Shown: positions 26,104 through 40,578, numbered from the stretch's first letter. The stretch is 64,000 nt of DNA from Catajapyx aquilonaris (GCA_000934665.2 JYFJ02001616.1:1-64000), one strand, 5' to 3'. Numbers and translations: made by a program. Notes: generated by a model not told the origin, from the sequence alone.

Positions 26104-26639
26104 TGTGGCTGGGCGAATTGTCCTGTTGATAGACATAATTTTTTAAGGAAACTGATGCAACATTTACACATGGTATGAAGGAAATGGTGCAATTTCTAGT
26201 TGCTATAGCTTACTAACTGAGCTATGCTAAAAGCCGGCAAGTTCTGAATATTGCGACTTTTCACCCAATCAATCTCATGGAAAGCCCTATAGCCAGCATG
26301 ACATCACTTAGGGATTTCTCTGACCTATAAATTACTATTAGTCTCAGGGGTATTGTACAAAAAGCACACCATTGAGTCGAATGACCTTTAGGTCACCGTG
26401 GAAAAAAAGAGTGCAAAAACAATTTTTAAATTGATCAGGACTGTCACCATCAGTTTGTCAGTCGGCATTCATGTGGGCGGATATTTCCCTACAGGAATAA
26501 CATCCTCAATGTGGCCATTTTCCCATCGATACGACAGCTCGACAGAATAGGCTCCTGATGATGATAAACTATACTGAAAAGGTTGATCTTGCGTGACCTG
26601 CTGTATACCCACTAACTGCACTTCTACATCAATGACGCA

Positions 26640-26861
26640 GTGAGGATGGATGAAATTACACTCGAGTTGATTTTGGTATTGACTGTTGGGCAGGAAGTTC
26701 AAAGCAAATTGCAAATCTTATTGGAACCACACCGACGCTGCTTCTACATCTATCTGAATAGAGCAAATGGTCAAACGCTCTATGAAATTAGTGGGCGTAA
26801 AGCTCTTTGCAAAGGGTTATCAAGGCAACTCTTACAGAGGTTAAATTTCGCGCTCTCATGA
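26640..26861 (+). mobile_element. Possible ancient LINE RT C-terminal fragment
   Basis: One frame reads TRVDFGIDCWAGSSK, similar to the LINE 'SRLDYG...W' block; frameshifted. Confidence 0.28.
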
Positions 26862-29794
26862 CGTACATGTATCCAAGAGCAACCCAGGAAGAGACGGAAA
26901 GGCCCTGTACATCAGAGTGGAAATTGGCTGACAAAGGAAGAAGCATGTCAGCTATAGATTGAAATGATTTATCATTGCGTGACTCAAATGTAGTATAGTA
27001 CGTAATTTAGGAGAACCCAATTAACAAAATCAAAAGTGGCATTCTGGGGTCTACCTGCCGCAAACATTATATATTCAGTATCTACCAACTTGTATGATAT
27101 CAGCAAATGTATTGCATGATTGACATCTATGATGTGTAAAGAGAGTTAATGCCAGGAAGAACCTGAAGTAAACCTGATTAGATACCAGCATGAATTGCTG
27201 GTCTATACTGTAAAATAGTAGCCCTACCAATACTGAATAGATATACGCCCACTATTTTTGATCCATGCTTGTCATAGTGATCGACTTTGTTATGTCTCAC
27301 ACTCACAGTCAGTTATTATCTCATTCTTCAGCAACTGGAGAAACATTCTCCCTCCTCTTATCAGTAGTGTGTCATATTCGAAACGACTTGTGCAGTAAAC
27401 TGTTGTGTTAAGTCCCTGACAGCATCGTCATTGAAGGAACCGAGATGTAAAATGACACGAATGTGTATATGCAAATGATAAGAGCAGCCTGAAACAAAAT
27501 TGGCCAAGACACAAGTTCTTAGTTGGATGATGACCACATTTGGCTTTACAATGTTCAGCATGAAGTAAGCCACTCGTATACAGAAAGGAGTTGTGCTAAC
27601 GTCCAGGAATAGAGAGGAATGTACAGTACACTAGCAGGATTTGTGACCTTTGGATCTGCTGCCGGAATTTATAGTATGAGCCTCGCGTACTTTCCCATAG
27701 GCTACTACTGGAATGCTAATATTTCGTTTACCCTCCTTTGCAATTCAAGGAGGGTATTAAGCTGGAAAATCCTCAAATGTCATAGGATTACGACTCTCGA
27801 CTTTGTTACCAGGCTACAAAACTGTGTCCTCCCGATGACAAACTCATCAAACTTTAGCTAGGTTAGGAGTGCCTATATACTACGTGCTCATACATTACTA
27901 CCCCAACATGTGCATGTGCATATGCATATTAAAGTTCACTGGCCAACCGATTAAAAGTGTAAGATCCCACGTGCCTATCGTACTTATGACGGTCACTCAC
28001 CTATGATGCTCTGTGATGCACTCTTCTACACAACACGTGCCATACTCTGCGCGTCAAAAGACCAGGCCGTATATATACAGCAGCATGTAAGTTGGGAGGG
28101 GCCTTAACATTCAAGAAAAGTAGATTCCGTCATGCTTCATTTTTACATAATCCCTTGCCTCTTCCATCGTTATACTCATTCACATAAGGCGATGAAGTCA
28201 CAGCCTCTACCTGGCCAATGATGAATGGCCATTTTGTTTCCGGTCTGTATGATGCCTAATTGCGTCGCAGGATGCTGGCTTGCCCTACATGAGTTGACAG
28301 ATTAATCGGAATCGGGCGACAAATTTCTCAACCGTGATATTTACGACCGACCTTTGTGGCTTCTTCGAAGTTTCGACCTATATGATGTCATCAATGTACG
28401 GCGGTGCTTACTACTCAGTTAATCAGAGGGTTACGGGGTCAGATGATTAAAAAGCGCGGTATAAAAAAAGTGGGCAATGACATACATCTTTCGCGGGTAT
28501 AAGGAGGCAAAAAAATGTGTATGACATCCTTTATTGATGACGTCATTGCTCTCAGGTGATTAGAGTCCATAATCGATCTTCCCGGAATAGTTGCCTGGTT
28601 CTTCCTGTATGGAAGTGGATGCCCGCACTTAATAACCATATGCTATGAATAGCGTGTGGTGTTGAGATGTCTATATCAAGCGTCACCACAGATTAGCAAG
28701 GTCAGCTTTTTATTTCCTTTCTTCCGGATTGATATTGAGGACAGTGGTTTTTTTTTTCCCATTTGGATTTCATGTCACGGTGAAGGATTATAGGGTATGT
28801 GAATGAGGGGGTTAAAAAACGTGCAATTTTGTTCTAACCATGTCATTTGTGCGGATTATGGTCAGATTTGCCTACATTTTTGACAAGCCATTGGACGAGT
28901 TCCTGATACCGCTTTCTGACAGTACACGATCACATAGTATAGGAGCCATCTTACACCCCACACAGGTTTTGTCATACCGGTATATGATAGATATTGACGT
29001 CATTGTGATGGACTGTGTCGTGAAGAGATCATGACGCCACCATTACAAGTCATAGTCGAACATATAAATTATACGGGCACAGTTAATGAATTGTTACAAA
29101 TGGACGACTCTATAATATAAGTGAGCTCTTGCTGAATGTCCGTGCGGGGATTTACCTCTGTTTTGCTTTGGCGGGGGCTGGATCGCGGGTCATGGATTGC
29201 TGACCTTGCTTTATATATACACACATAGCTAGCTGGTCATTGCAAGCGATAAGAGCTGATGTGAGGCAAAGGAATGCGATCGGCTTTCACACGAAGCAAA
29301 AAAACAAGCGGGATCCATATAGGATACATTTTTCTCCTGCAAAACAAGGCAATAATATTATAATGCATTCAACCTTGGAATATAGTCCTGGACATGACAT
29401 CACCATGGGTAAAAATGACTGTCGCTATTATCAACAATGTACAGTAGCTAACAATTAAAGGTATGTGACGCCAGTGTTATTTTATGTGTAGCAAATGCTT
29501 GAAATTCCCCATGGGACAGTGACATATCCGGCTTGAGGACTTCCTGAGCAAGTTGGTATGTAGATAAATAAAAATAATCAGAGCTAGAGATATCGAACAC
29601 AAAATTAAATGTGAATCATAACTTTGGTTTTGAGAAGTCGCTCTGAAAATTTTTATCTGCCTCCCCTTCATAACCAAGATGAAGTTATAATGCTTATATT
29701 ATTTTATATTAGCAGTGCCGGCCTATAGGCAATTAGTACACTTCGAGTCTCCTCTGTAACATATGACGACGACCTATTACAAATGTCAACTTTC

Positions 29795-31062
29795 TTTTGT
29801 CCATGGGAATTCATTGCTATTCCCATGCCTTGGGTCACTTGCAACTTATAATGACCATTATTCATTTTGTCTGAATTTTGGTTTTGACCTTGGGGCAGTC
29901 AAAAACTAAATTCTCCGATGCGCAGGAAAAAGAGCACAAGTCAAAAAATTATTTTTTGTATTTTTTTTAACTCATGCGCTTTTCCCCCAGAATCCGAGCA
30001 TTCACCTCGATTAATCCACCTCATTGATAAGACTCGGATTCGGGGGGAAAAGCGCGTAAGTAAAAATAAATAAATTATTATATATATTTTTTACTTGTGC
30101 TCTTTTTTCCGCGCCTCCGAGAATTCCTCGAAATATAGGGGCTCATTTCGAATAAAATGTTTCTCGGCCATCTCTGATTCTGGTGAAAGAAATTCCAGCT
30201 ATATATAGACTACGCACCTATAGATGTCATAACGCTGCATATCAAGTTTCAGCCATATTTAACAATACCATATGGGGAGGGAAAAAAATCGCGAAATATT
30301 GGAAAATGCTGAAAATGAGGCCTTTTTGGAGATATTTTCGGTGAAGTGATCATAACCCAATAAACAATGTATATGAATCAAATAAAAAGACGAGAAGAAG
30401 TCGCCTATGGAATTACCTTTCCTCAAAAATGTAGCCAGAAAAACGTGTGTGAGATTTCAGTGTCACATGTCCAAGAATTTGAGTCACATTAATTATATTA
30501 ATTGGTCGCAGGAGTTGTGACCCACACAAGACACAATGTATGGTAAGCCTGGTTCATGCATGGTTCGCTAGAAAATATTAGAGATGTTTTGCATATATAC
30601 CTACGCATTAGATTTAATTTTCAAGGACCCAGATTCTTGGACATGACTGTCATCAATGGAATGCCACACACACTTTTCTAATAGCTGCATTTTCAAGGAA
30701 AACAAATTCCTTATGCCCATTCTCCTCTTCTTCCTCCTTTATTATTTTGATATGCAGTTAAATTATGTTTATTGAGTTTTGAACACTCCCGCCAAGACCT
30801 CCACTAACCAAAACAATCTCCAAAAAAGTGTTAAGTTTAATTTTCCGCCTCTTTCAAAATTTCTGGAGCGCCCCCTCCTCACGGTTTTCATTTTGGTCCA
30901 CTTGATTCGGAATATGATCCCTATATTTCGAGGAATTTGATTTTCTGACTGCCCCAAAGTAAAAAACAAATTCCAGACAAAATGAATGGTCATTATTATG
31001 GGATACGAGTGACCTAAAGTACAGTACATGGAAATAATGATGAATTCCCATGCACAAAAATT
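29795..31062. mobile_element. Old, degenerate foldback (large inverted-repeat) element
   Basis: 29795-29912 plus 30126-30155 match the reverse complement of about 30900-31062; inner arms match around CATGTCCAAGAAT (30466) / ATTCTTGGACATG (30633). Confidence 0.7.
29913..30121. mobile_element. Palindromic MITE with a 4-bp AATT TSD, nested in a foldback element
   Basis: Ends CTC...GAG; arms contain AAAAAGAGCACAAG/CTTGTGCTCTTTTT and GAATCCGAG/CTCGGATTC; AATT on both sides. The uninterrupted site is visible in the opposite foldback arm. Confidence 0.75.
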
Positions 31063-33421
31063 GTGTCGCATTCTTGCCCAGTGTTATATATATAATGATC
31101 TCTATAGTTTGTGGCGGCCTCCCAAAATTGGCGCCCTAGGCGGCTGCCTATTCGCCTATGCCTGGATCCGGGCCTGTATGTTAGTCATACTCAGCCTGGT
31201 TCTGGCCTGGTTAGCTAGCTCATATACCACAACCCAGGTACAGTATCAGACAAACTGCCAAAACTTGTCGATGAGATGTGTCTGATTGCTAGATACGAGT
31301 ATGATCTAAGCTGTGTATTATAATTATATCTGCTATATGGGGATGATCTTGCTTCAAAAATTCTCTAGGAAGTTGCAATATCACTACGAGAAATCTGATT
31401 TGATCTGAATCCACTTGGCGAGGATTATTGCATACAATGTCTAACTCAATTTGGACAAAAATGTAATTCGGATCGTTGTGGATTTCAGATCTTCGTTTCT
31501 TTTTGACATGGAAAAAATCCTCACAAAATTGACAAGAATTAGTATTTCCCTGGATGTTGTAGCCATTTTGCATATTAGCATAAACAGATCATGTTCAATT
31601 CAAGGCCACTTTTTTCGTGCGGTACATCAAATTTCCCTTTTCTAGTTCGGTTCACACCTTTTACACCAAAATCTTCAAAAGCCCCAAGGTTTGCCACTAT
31701 CTCCGCCAATAGTGATAACTAGCCGCAATACTAACAGTATCGGCACCTCGAATTCCATATCTTCTTCTTTCGACGGCTACTGAATGGACCGTACCCTTGA
31801 AAATAGGCTAATCCCTTCAATACGCTTTATCTACGGTGGCCGATTATGACCGGCCTCTTCCATCTCAACATGTAAACAATAGCCTTTCCCCACCCGTGCT
31901 GTTATGGACTTTGGTCACCATCGGTAGGCATCCTCCATCGACGCACCGTTGGCCACGCACGGTGCGTATCATTAGCATGTATCCTACGGCGCCTTCCGGG
32001 CTTTACGACCAGCAATTCGGTCAAAGTGCCCGATCCACTTGTGAACTCCCAAAGTTGCAAATATAATACTCGCAAGCTGGAAAGGCTTAAAATTAGAGTT
32101 GCAATCGGCCACATAGGAATGCAGGTCTGTTCAGTGTCCATAGATTACGACTCTTGTTCTTCTGGGAATCATGAGCCTGCATGGATTGGATTTCACTACC
32201 AGCATTCTGAGGTCTATTCTGTAACTATTGTCCCTTCATGTTTTTAACTACCGATAACACCAGTCCTTGCTCCCATTTCGAACCCTTTTTTCTTCTACAA
32301 ATGGACACATGCCACATGCACCCCATAATACACATTAGACGTGCAAACTTACCTAGAGTCCTGACTAAAATAGTTGCTCTTTAAATGTCACTGGTGTCAA
32401 CCCAACATCCACCTTGATGCAGGTGACCAATTCTTTTTTTTGTCCACACCTTTCTTCCGTCTGGTTTCCAAATTTTGTACCCCCCACACTATGCACCAGG
32501 TCCAATCGGAAGGCGGCTAGATGATGAGCGAGATAAGAGGTCCGACCCGCCCACTCTTTTAATCACTTCTCATTAGATGTAGAGAACATTCGCCGTTACG
32601 CCACTCCGCAATCAACGGAGCCACCGTACAAATCAGCGTAAAGCGCCACTATTCGCGCACCCCGTCACCTACCTTATTCTTCTATCCTTTTTTTCCTTCG
32701 CCGTTCGACCATCTCGCTTATTGCGATAATGATTGTGCACACGCTAGGGAGCAGTGTCGTTCCAAAGTGGGATTTATGACACCACGGATAATTATGAATT
32801 GCCCTCCTGCTACTTGTGGACTAATGATAACATGTGTCAGCGCATTAGAAAGCGCCCCGGAGCCCTCCATTCATTAGAAGCTTTGCTTGATTGCCAGTGG
32901 GAGCTGGAAGAATAAGTGAATATGCAGAGAGTTTACGTCATGCGATTTTTTTTTGCAGCATTGTTATGAGCATGGACTGGTTATGAGGATGGCGCCAGTG
33001 AGTGCTGTTGGAAAATGGCAGCAAAGAGCAAGAGGCTTGAATGTGAATCGGTTACAAATGTCCCTCCTGGCAGGGTAGCCAATGTGTGTGTTGGCGCTAT
33101 TGGATTATCAAAGATGGCGGCCTACATGCGAGTTGTGAGATTTGGTGCCGGTCGGGGACTTTTGGCTATGGTGCTCATGTTGGGGACAGGATGTTTGCAG
33201 GATAGGAGGTGGAGACATAGCAATTTATGTCGCGCTCAAGAGAGGTTGTATCGAAGTCATCAATTTTCTGATCGAAAGGTGGGCAAGAAGGTGGAGATGT
33301 CTCAATGGCGAACACGATAGCGACATGCTGCTTCATTTGGCCAGGTGTTTGGTGACAGAGAAGCTGTTGGACAGGTGCGTAACTGCATGGCCTGCTGAAG
33401 GCGTATGGGCATGATCTAGTA

Positions 33422-33482
33422 TAGCTGTTCCCAAACTTTTTGAGTCGCGGAGCACTTTTCAGGAGAGAAATTCGTGACGAAG
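33422..33482 (+). mobile_element. Isolated hAT-Charlie-like left end
   Basis: TAGCTGTTCCCAAACTTTTTGAGTCGCGGAGCAC resembles the TIR at 14062; no partner end found. Confidence 0.4.
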
Positions 33483-34524
33483 CACTATATGCTGGATATG
33501 AATCAATAATGTGTGTGGAAGTGATTTTCATATTATTTCATAAGCCATATATGCCTTAGTCTTATATTGCTGTGCCAACAGGCCCTGCATGTGACATGTT
33601 GGTCTTGTCCTTGTGCCATCGTGCCGAGGCTTTTTAAATAATTTCTAATAGCATATTTAAAATGCAGACATGTGAAAATATCACATGTATACTCAAATGT
33701 CTGAAGTATTTATCAGTATAAAAATTACAGGGAATATGTCTTAACTGTCCTCAGAAATAAATGAAATGTAAAAAGTGTGCCATCTAGCCCCGGTCTCCCC
33801 TGAGGTTTTTAGCAGAAGTATGGGTGGAACTGGACTTTACCACATGAACCACTAACACGAAAGGAATTCCATGTTTATCCACACAGATGTAAAGCTCATT
33901 AAGATGGACAAGACCCTGGAATGCTTGGGGCAACATGTAGCCTATGTGCAACATGTAGGCTACATTTCTTACGAAGGTTGGCCACTTTGCACCTCGCCTT
34001 ATCAGTTACATGTTACTGACTCATATTGACCATGGTTTTGGGTGATGAATAGGCAAAGCGCTTGTAACTGCAAATAGGCAATTTGGAGCAATAGGACAAA
34101 TTGCCACAAACTAGTCTGAGACTAGAGGCCTCCACTCTCTTAGGGTTAACTCTACACAGAGTAAGGATCAAGATATTTATTACAAACCTAAAAAATAAAC
34201 CAACTCTGCCTTGATTGGCGCATATGGAAGTGGGATTCACTTCTGTCTTGCAGACCATCATGTGCACATAGGCTGCAGGAGAAGTGAATTGCATACATCC
34301 TGCCCCAAGCATGTCCAGGCAAGTGTCCAGGGCCTTGTCAATTTGCTTTCTAACTTACATATAGGTGTATTTTATTATTTCTTGAGGGTACAATATTGGT
34401 TACACTTTTTCTCGCCCCTGTTTAAAGTGTTCCCATTTTCTCTGGCACCCCTATTTATAGAAATGCTGTGATGTGAAGTATAAAGAGAAGTAAGAAATGG
34501 AAATGGTCTTCTAATGGTGTATAG

Positions 34525-35241
34525 CAGGGTTCGGAAATTTAATATACCTTCGCTTTGGGGGATGGTAGAAGGGTTCTAGATGATCATTTTAAGTATAGGT
34601 ATCATGGGTCTCCGAAGCATAGTTACCAAGATAATTAGCATTAAATAAAAAGGGCATTATACCGGCTTCTATGTTTCGGATACAGCTGACGACAGTGCCA
34701 TCACCTAGGCCACTGTCTGCTACGCCTAATGGGATTGCGTTTTAAATTTAAATTGCATGATAACACCTTATTTAACCCTGGAACCGTGACGTGGCGTCTT
34801 TTAGGACCCCAAAGGAATTAAAATACATTAAAATGATAATTACAATGAACTTTTGCCATTAAAAAAGTATATAACAGGAAGTGCATGTTTATTTTGAATT
34901 AGCGATCGTTTTAGGCATTGTTCAAAGAATGATTGCATATAACCAATACATTGAAAAGTATTACAGAAAAATTAATAAAAATTAAAATATGGATGGGATC
35001 CTAAAAGACCCCATGTCACAGCTGCCGTAACATTCAGGCACGTCACGGTTCCAGGGTTAAATGAAAAAGGTAAGGTCGCATGGAGAGACGCATACCTGCC
35101 ATGATATTTTATACTTTGTGTGTGAAGCACATAATCTCAGTAACTATGCTTTGGAGATGCACAATACCTATACTTAAAAGGATCGCCTAGAACCCTTCTA
35201 CCATCCCTCAAAGCGAATGCAGATTAAATGTATGAACCCTG
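34525..35241. mobile_element. Long-TIR non-autonomous DNA element hosting the piggyBac MITE
   Basis: About 110-bp imperfect inverted repeats, CAGGGTTC...GATGGTAGAAGGGTTCTAG...GCATAGTTAC versus GTAACTATGC...CTAGAACCCTTCTACCATC...GAACCCTG; no clear TSD. Confidence 0.8.
34776..35056. mobile_element. piggyBac-type MITE
   Basis: Perfect 18-bp TIR CCCTGGAACCGTGACGTG, TTAA on both sides, asymmetric subterminal repeat. Confidence 0.92.
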
Positions 35242-35668
35242 TATAACTCACTGCACAACACTTGTAGGTGAGGCTACCAGAGTGAGTAGTAATGAGCAGG
35301 AATGAGATTTTGCAAACACATATGCAGGCTCAATAATTCTGAAACATGAAGTGTGTGGAATGACTTACAAAAATATTATTTTATAATGTCAATATAGTGC
35401 AAATTGAGTTTTTGATGGCATCACCATCATGAGGATGAAGATCATCAAGCAGTGCAGATATGACTGTCCAGGCTAAAATTTTCCCAGTGATAATTTCAGA
35501 AAAAACACTGTGTGTCAATTGAAATGTCCATAGCTGCTAATAATTCTTTTTAACCTGAAGCTTATTATTAAGCAGTTCCTTTTAAACAGTTTTTAGAGGT
35601 TGTCAATTATGGAAGTATAGTGGGACCAGCTTTCGAGTTGGCTATAACCTTTAACCAAGGGTTACTTA

Positions 35669-35953
35669 ATAATAATAATAATTCATACCCTGTTATCAGC
35701 CTATCAGCTCTTTAGGGGAGAAATTTGTTTTGCCTGGAACTCTTTGCTTTTCATTTTACTGTGCTCTTTGGGATAGGATAGGGACGGAAGGAAGCGGCTG
35801 TAGCCTATTAATTACGGAAGCAACTCCGGAATTTTCCTGGAAGGACCGTGGGAAATCACAGAAAAACAGTCAGAGTTGCCAGCCCCGGGATTTGATCCCA
35901 GGACCTCCCGATTAGCAGTCGGACACCATATCCCCTACTCCAACCTGCTTCGG
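35669..35953 (-). mobile_element. tRNA-derived SINE, family B
   Basis: Perfect 17-bp TSD TAACCAAGGGTTACTTA (35652-35668, 35954-35970), A/B-box head, central CAGCCGCTTCCTTCCG motif, (ATT)n tail. Confidence 0.9.
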
Positions 35954-38900
35954 TAACCAAGGGTTACTTATAGCCAGGGCTCTTGTATCCAGAGTCAACT
36001 GTACATGCAATTAATATTGGGATTTACTGATTATATGTTTCCGTTTCGTCTAATATACTATAGGTACTCGTACAGTACTACTGATGAATATGTTCTGATG
36101 GATGCTCCAGTAATGAATGGTAATAAATGCCTGTTACTGCTTGTGTGACTGTCACTACATTAGATAGAATGGCAAGTTAGGACACTACTAGGAAGAAAGG
36201 AATCACTGCAGTGTTGCAGCCTAGCTCTCCGAGTTGCCAGTTTTGGCTTTTATTGGTGCTGTCATGGATATTGGCAGAGACTTACCCACGCATCTTTTGG
36301 AAGAATTTAATAGGCTAAGCTACAGTTGCCATATTTCTTGAAATAGAAACGGAAGGATTCAAAATTGATCTTGCGATATATTATCACAATAATTTTTAGT
36401 GGCAGTTGCACCTAATAATATTATATGAAAATATGAAACTCACTGTCAGTTTATAAACATCTGTTCTGAGAATAGTGAGATTCTTGACTTGGAATTCGAA
36501 GAATTTGCAATTTTTTGCATTTAAAATGGCCACAGAAGTTGCTTGAAACCTGCCAGAATTTTTACTATTTTCATGACAATTCATGACAATGGCAGATCAT
36601 GGCCAATTTGTTGCATTGCGCATTGTTCACTAAAACTGATAAGTTATTTAATAAAAATAAATGCTCGCTCAATGTTGGTTGCACAATGCAGAAACTATGC
36701 CTTAAATGGAGTATTACAATGAGGAATCATACATATTCATATTTTCATTTCATTTAAATTATTGTTAGTGAACTGGATGCGACTCACAAAATTGGCCACT
36801 CTCATAAAAATTGAAATTGAAATTCCGACAGGTTCTAGCGCCTTATGTGGCCATTTTAAATGCAAATAATTGCTAATTCGCAACTGTCGATCCCATATTT
36901 TTAACAGCTCAAAGAAGGGATACTGAGAAACTGAGTTTCTCATTTTCATCTATTAGTGAACAAATCCCACTGAAAATTAGCCTGATAGGCCTACACCACA
37001 AAATCAATCCTGTGAAGCATCCTTTCAAGCTGCATCCTGCTCATTTCTAGTAACCTCCATTGGTCTGGTAGGTGAACCACATTCACTTGTAGATTTCAAT
37101 TTCCTGGTGCCAGGTCGTGTAGGAAAATTAACCCACAACAAACAAAAGCCATAAAATTAATGACGCCAGTAAATTTCCACGTGAACGTCTTCAGGGATTA
37201 ATTTTTTTAAAAAATCAGAGGTTAGTTTTTCGTCAGACTGCTAAATGTACAGTACGTTCTCATGAGTGCGATGGACTCATTTATGAAAAATTGCACTCTC
37301 GTTTTTGTATTTACTATTTACATATAGGCGTTTTTACTAGTCAGGGTTCTTCCACATGTTTTCTCTGAGTCAATTATTATACGCATATATCTTTTTTTAC
37401 AGATTGATTGGAGATCACTTGATCATCAGGCAACCAACCTGAGGGTGGCCTTCTCTGCGATTTCATCATAAGCCGGAGGTCAGTAACCACCTGCCTTGTT
37501 AACAAGCTCATGAGAATTATTCCTGGAATTCTCTCGAAATCACTGCATCAGCTACCTTTAAGCTAACCAAATGCTACAAAAAAATGTCATGTGCAGGTAA
37601 ACTGCATTTATGAAGATGGTCAGTAAATCCCACACATCCATTACGTGGGAGTTATTGACCACCCGGCATATAGCGCTCATCTGATGAACGCGGAATCGAC
37701 AAGCAGGAATGACAGAATTGAACAACTTGCATCAACATGTTTGCTTCAATGAAGTGATGGCAAATAGACACTGATTAACCGGTCGACATGCATTTCTGTC
37801 ACGTAAGGCCTTCGTCGACAACGTAGACTCCCGACATTTCCGTGTTTGGTTAGCGCAATCGACTTCTATCTCTATTATTCCCTCCACATCCACACCTTCC
37901 CACCCCAACTACCAGCATGTATAACCAGGGCACTCACCCTGTACATAATCATAATCGTGGGAATATTTTGATAGAAAATTGATTCTTGTTGGTCGACCTC
38001 TCCGGCGTTCGTGTAATTTGGTAGCAGTTCTCTATATGAATGTCACGATCGGTTGAGCGTTCCCATGCACTCATGATAATATGGTCAGCAGTAAAACAGC
38101 TCTGTGTTTTAGAAATTGCCATCCGAATTCGATTAGTTTGGCAGAGCATGTAGGCTGAGGGCATCCGAAGGGTCGATCCAAGAGGTGACCGGATTTTGTA
38201 CCGAAACTGGCCCACGGTCATTACCGACTAACAGGCTCAGTCTATTCCAGTAATTCTTCTTTGTGCTTACAGCGACGCTTACAGATACTGTAAGTTGGAC
38301 CGGTATTCAAATGTGGCTGGTTTATGTCGCCACGGGATCTGACATAGGTGTCAGAGGCGGTTTTCTGCGGTCTTTTTAGCGCGACATCACCGCCCTCTTT
38401 ATCACTATTGTTGGAGTCCTGATTTATGGAGCCAATATTTTATAAATAATTAGCACATGGCGAATCAAGAGCGTGACACAGAACGCGTTACGGTGTCTTT
38501 TTTTGTATAAATTTAAATGGGTCGTTAGCAATTGGTTGTAAGCCCTAAGGACTGGATTGCGTAATATCAGGTCAAGTAGGAAGATGTAACATTTCTACTG
38601 ATGACGTCATGGTTATAAAATGTGTTTGCATTTTATGCATATGCTGTTAGCAGCTGATCGTGAATTGTACATATTTACCGAATGGCAAGCGATTTATATA
38701 ACCGTACAGTAAATGAGAGAGCCTATAATTTTCATATATCTATCACGAATAACCGTAATTTTTATGCATATTAATTACTATGAATATCTCCAGGGTGATT
38801 CACTAATGGGTTAAAATATATAATTTTCTCTGAAATATTCGTGAATGATTCATGAAGCATAAAGCATACCCTGCAAAAAAAAAAAATGCGAAGGTGTTCT

Positions 38901-39947
38901 CATTCTATTACGACCAGGTATAAAGATATTTATGATATAGTTTTATATTGCCCGGAAATGGCCCGTAAAAATTCCCGTGCGAGTAATACTGTGGTGGTGA
39001 TTAATGAACAGGATTTTATGCAGCTGAACGTCATGTTTTGATGAATTAACCTGTACAGTAGGAAGGAATCCTTTTTGCATGCTATCAGATCTACTAATTT
39101 GCACACTGTATAACTGAAACCTACACGGGCGCTTCCTTTGAAAAACGGAGAATAGAGATGGTCATCTGAGGGACGTATTCTAAAGAACAATGGTGTGGAT
39201 GGTGTAAACACGAGCATTTTTATCAGTTTTATGGGCAAGTAACATTATATCATCTCTCAGGGTTTGCATCATGAGGCGATGCCGATGGTCCCCATCTTGG
39301 GAGACTGCTTCTAAAGATAATAAAGTCAAAATGTATTTTGAATTTAGAATATGGAATTAGCAGCCTTTTAAAAGTTTAGTCCTTATCATAATAAGCTTTC
39401 TATATACAATTACTAGCTCATATGTATGCGTGTAGACATGTAAGAAAATATATTATATGGTGTTATAAGCCGTACCGGTATGTCGTGCGGTATTCTTGAC
39501 GACAGCATTCGTACTAAGCATTGGCTATTTGTGGTCGTGATATTAAAAATAAATAAAAGGTCGCACGTGTAAGGTTTACGGCCAGCGGGGTGTATTGGAT
39601 GCATATTTTAGGTATACTTTTGGTTTTGTTTCAAGAACTTATTTAGCTTTTTTCTTATGAAAGGGCATTAGGAACGGTGAGAGCTGAAAATGCACAACAG
39701 TTATCCGTAGTGTTTCAGGGTGTACTTAACCTGAATAATGGGAAAAGTGATAATTGCATCTAAGTAAGTTCAAATAGGAATGCATATTTAAAATCAATAG
39801 GGGCTCTTAATCCAAAGTCGGTCCGTGGTGTCTTTGCATTACGGTTCAAATTATGTAGCGTATTTTTCGGACATGTCTCAAAATGGCATGAGAGGGACTT
39901 GATACTAGCTTGTACTGTACATCTTGCAAAACAATGGTTCTGCATTA

Positions 39948-40128
39948 AGGCCCATTCACACAGGCCGTCGACGGTTTTGGTTTTGGTTTTGGTTTTGGTT
40001 TTGGACCAATCAGAGTGGGCCCTCACGGTAACCATGACGCGTTGTTTACGTGAGGGCCCGTTCTGATTGGTCCGCGGCGTCGACGAGACCAGAAACCAAA
40101 ACCGTCGACGGCCTGTGTGAATGGGCCT
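39948..40128. mobile_element. PIF/Harbinger (Tourist-like) MITE
   Basis: About 36-bp TIR AGGCCCATTCACACAGGCCGTCGACGGTTTTGGTTT, 3-bp TSD TTA, second internal inverted repeat. Confidence 0.9.
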
Positions 40129-40290
40129 TTACTATATTATAAAAAGTAAATGAATAATAGTTGGTTTGTGGCATTGTAACATACAGGTACTGATTTAAAC
40201 TTTCCCAAGACACGTGAAAAACTGCTTATGTGGGAGTATACAATAATTTATACGGCAACTTTTTTTCGGAGCGGGATTCATAATTGTGAA

Positions 40291-40432
40291 CCCTGGAACC
40301 GCGTGACGTGCCTGAAAGATACGTTAACCGTGACGTGGGGTATTTTAGGACACCATCCATATCGTAATTATCATTTTAATGCATTTTTTTCCTTGGGGTC
40401 CAAAAAGACCCCACGGCACGGTTCCAGCCTGG
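40291..40432. mobile_element. Internally deleted, inverted copy of the piggyBac-type MITE
   Basis: Both ends align to the reverse complement of 34776-35056; TTAA is retained on the right end. Confidence 0.85.
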
Positions 40433-40518
40433 TTAATGCACTTCAATTATATAACGTAAGTATCCGTATATAGGAGTCATTCACGATATTATTTTGTGTA
40501 TAAGCAATGCAATCGCCC

Positions 40519-40576
<58 letters not shown>
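40519..40576. repeat. (AAT)n microsatellite
   Basis: Direct inspection. Confidence 0.97.

Positions 40577-40578
<2 letters not shown>

Noticed and set aside
31330..31560. LYGDDL RT-like motif
   Set aside because: Stops follow within a few codons; too weak to call a LINE fragment.
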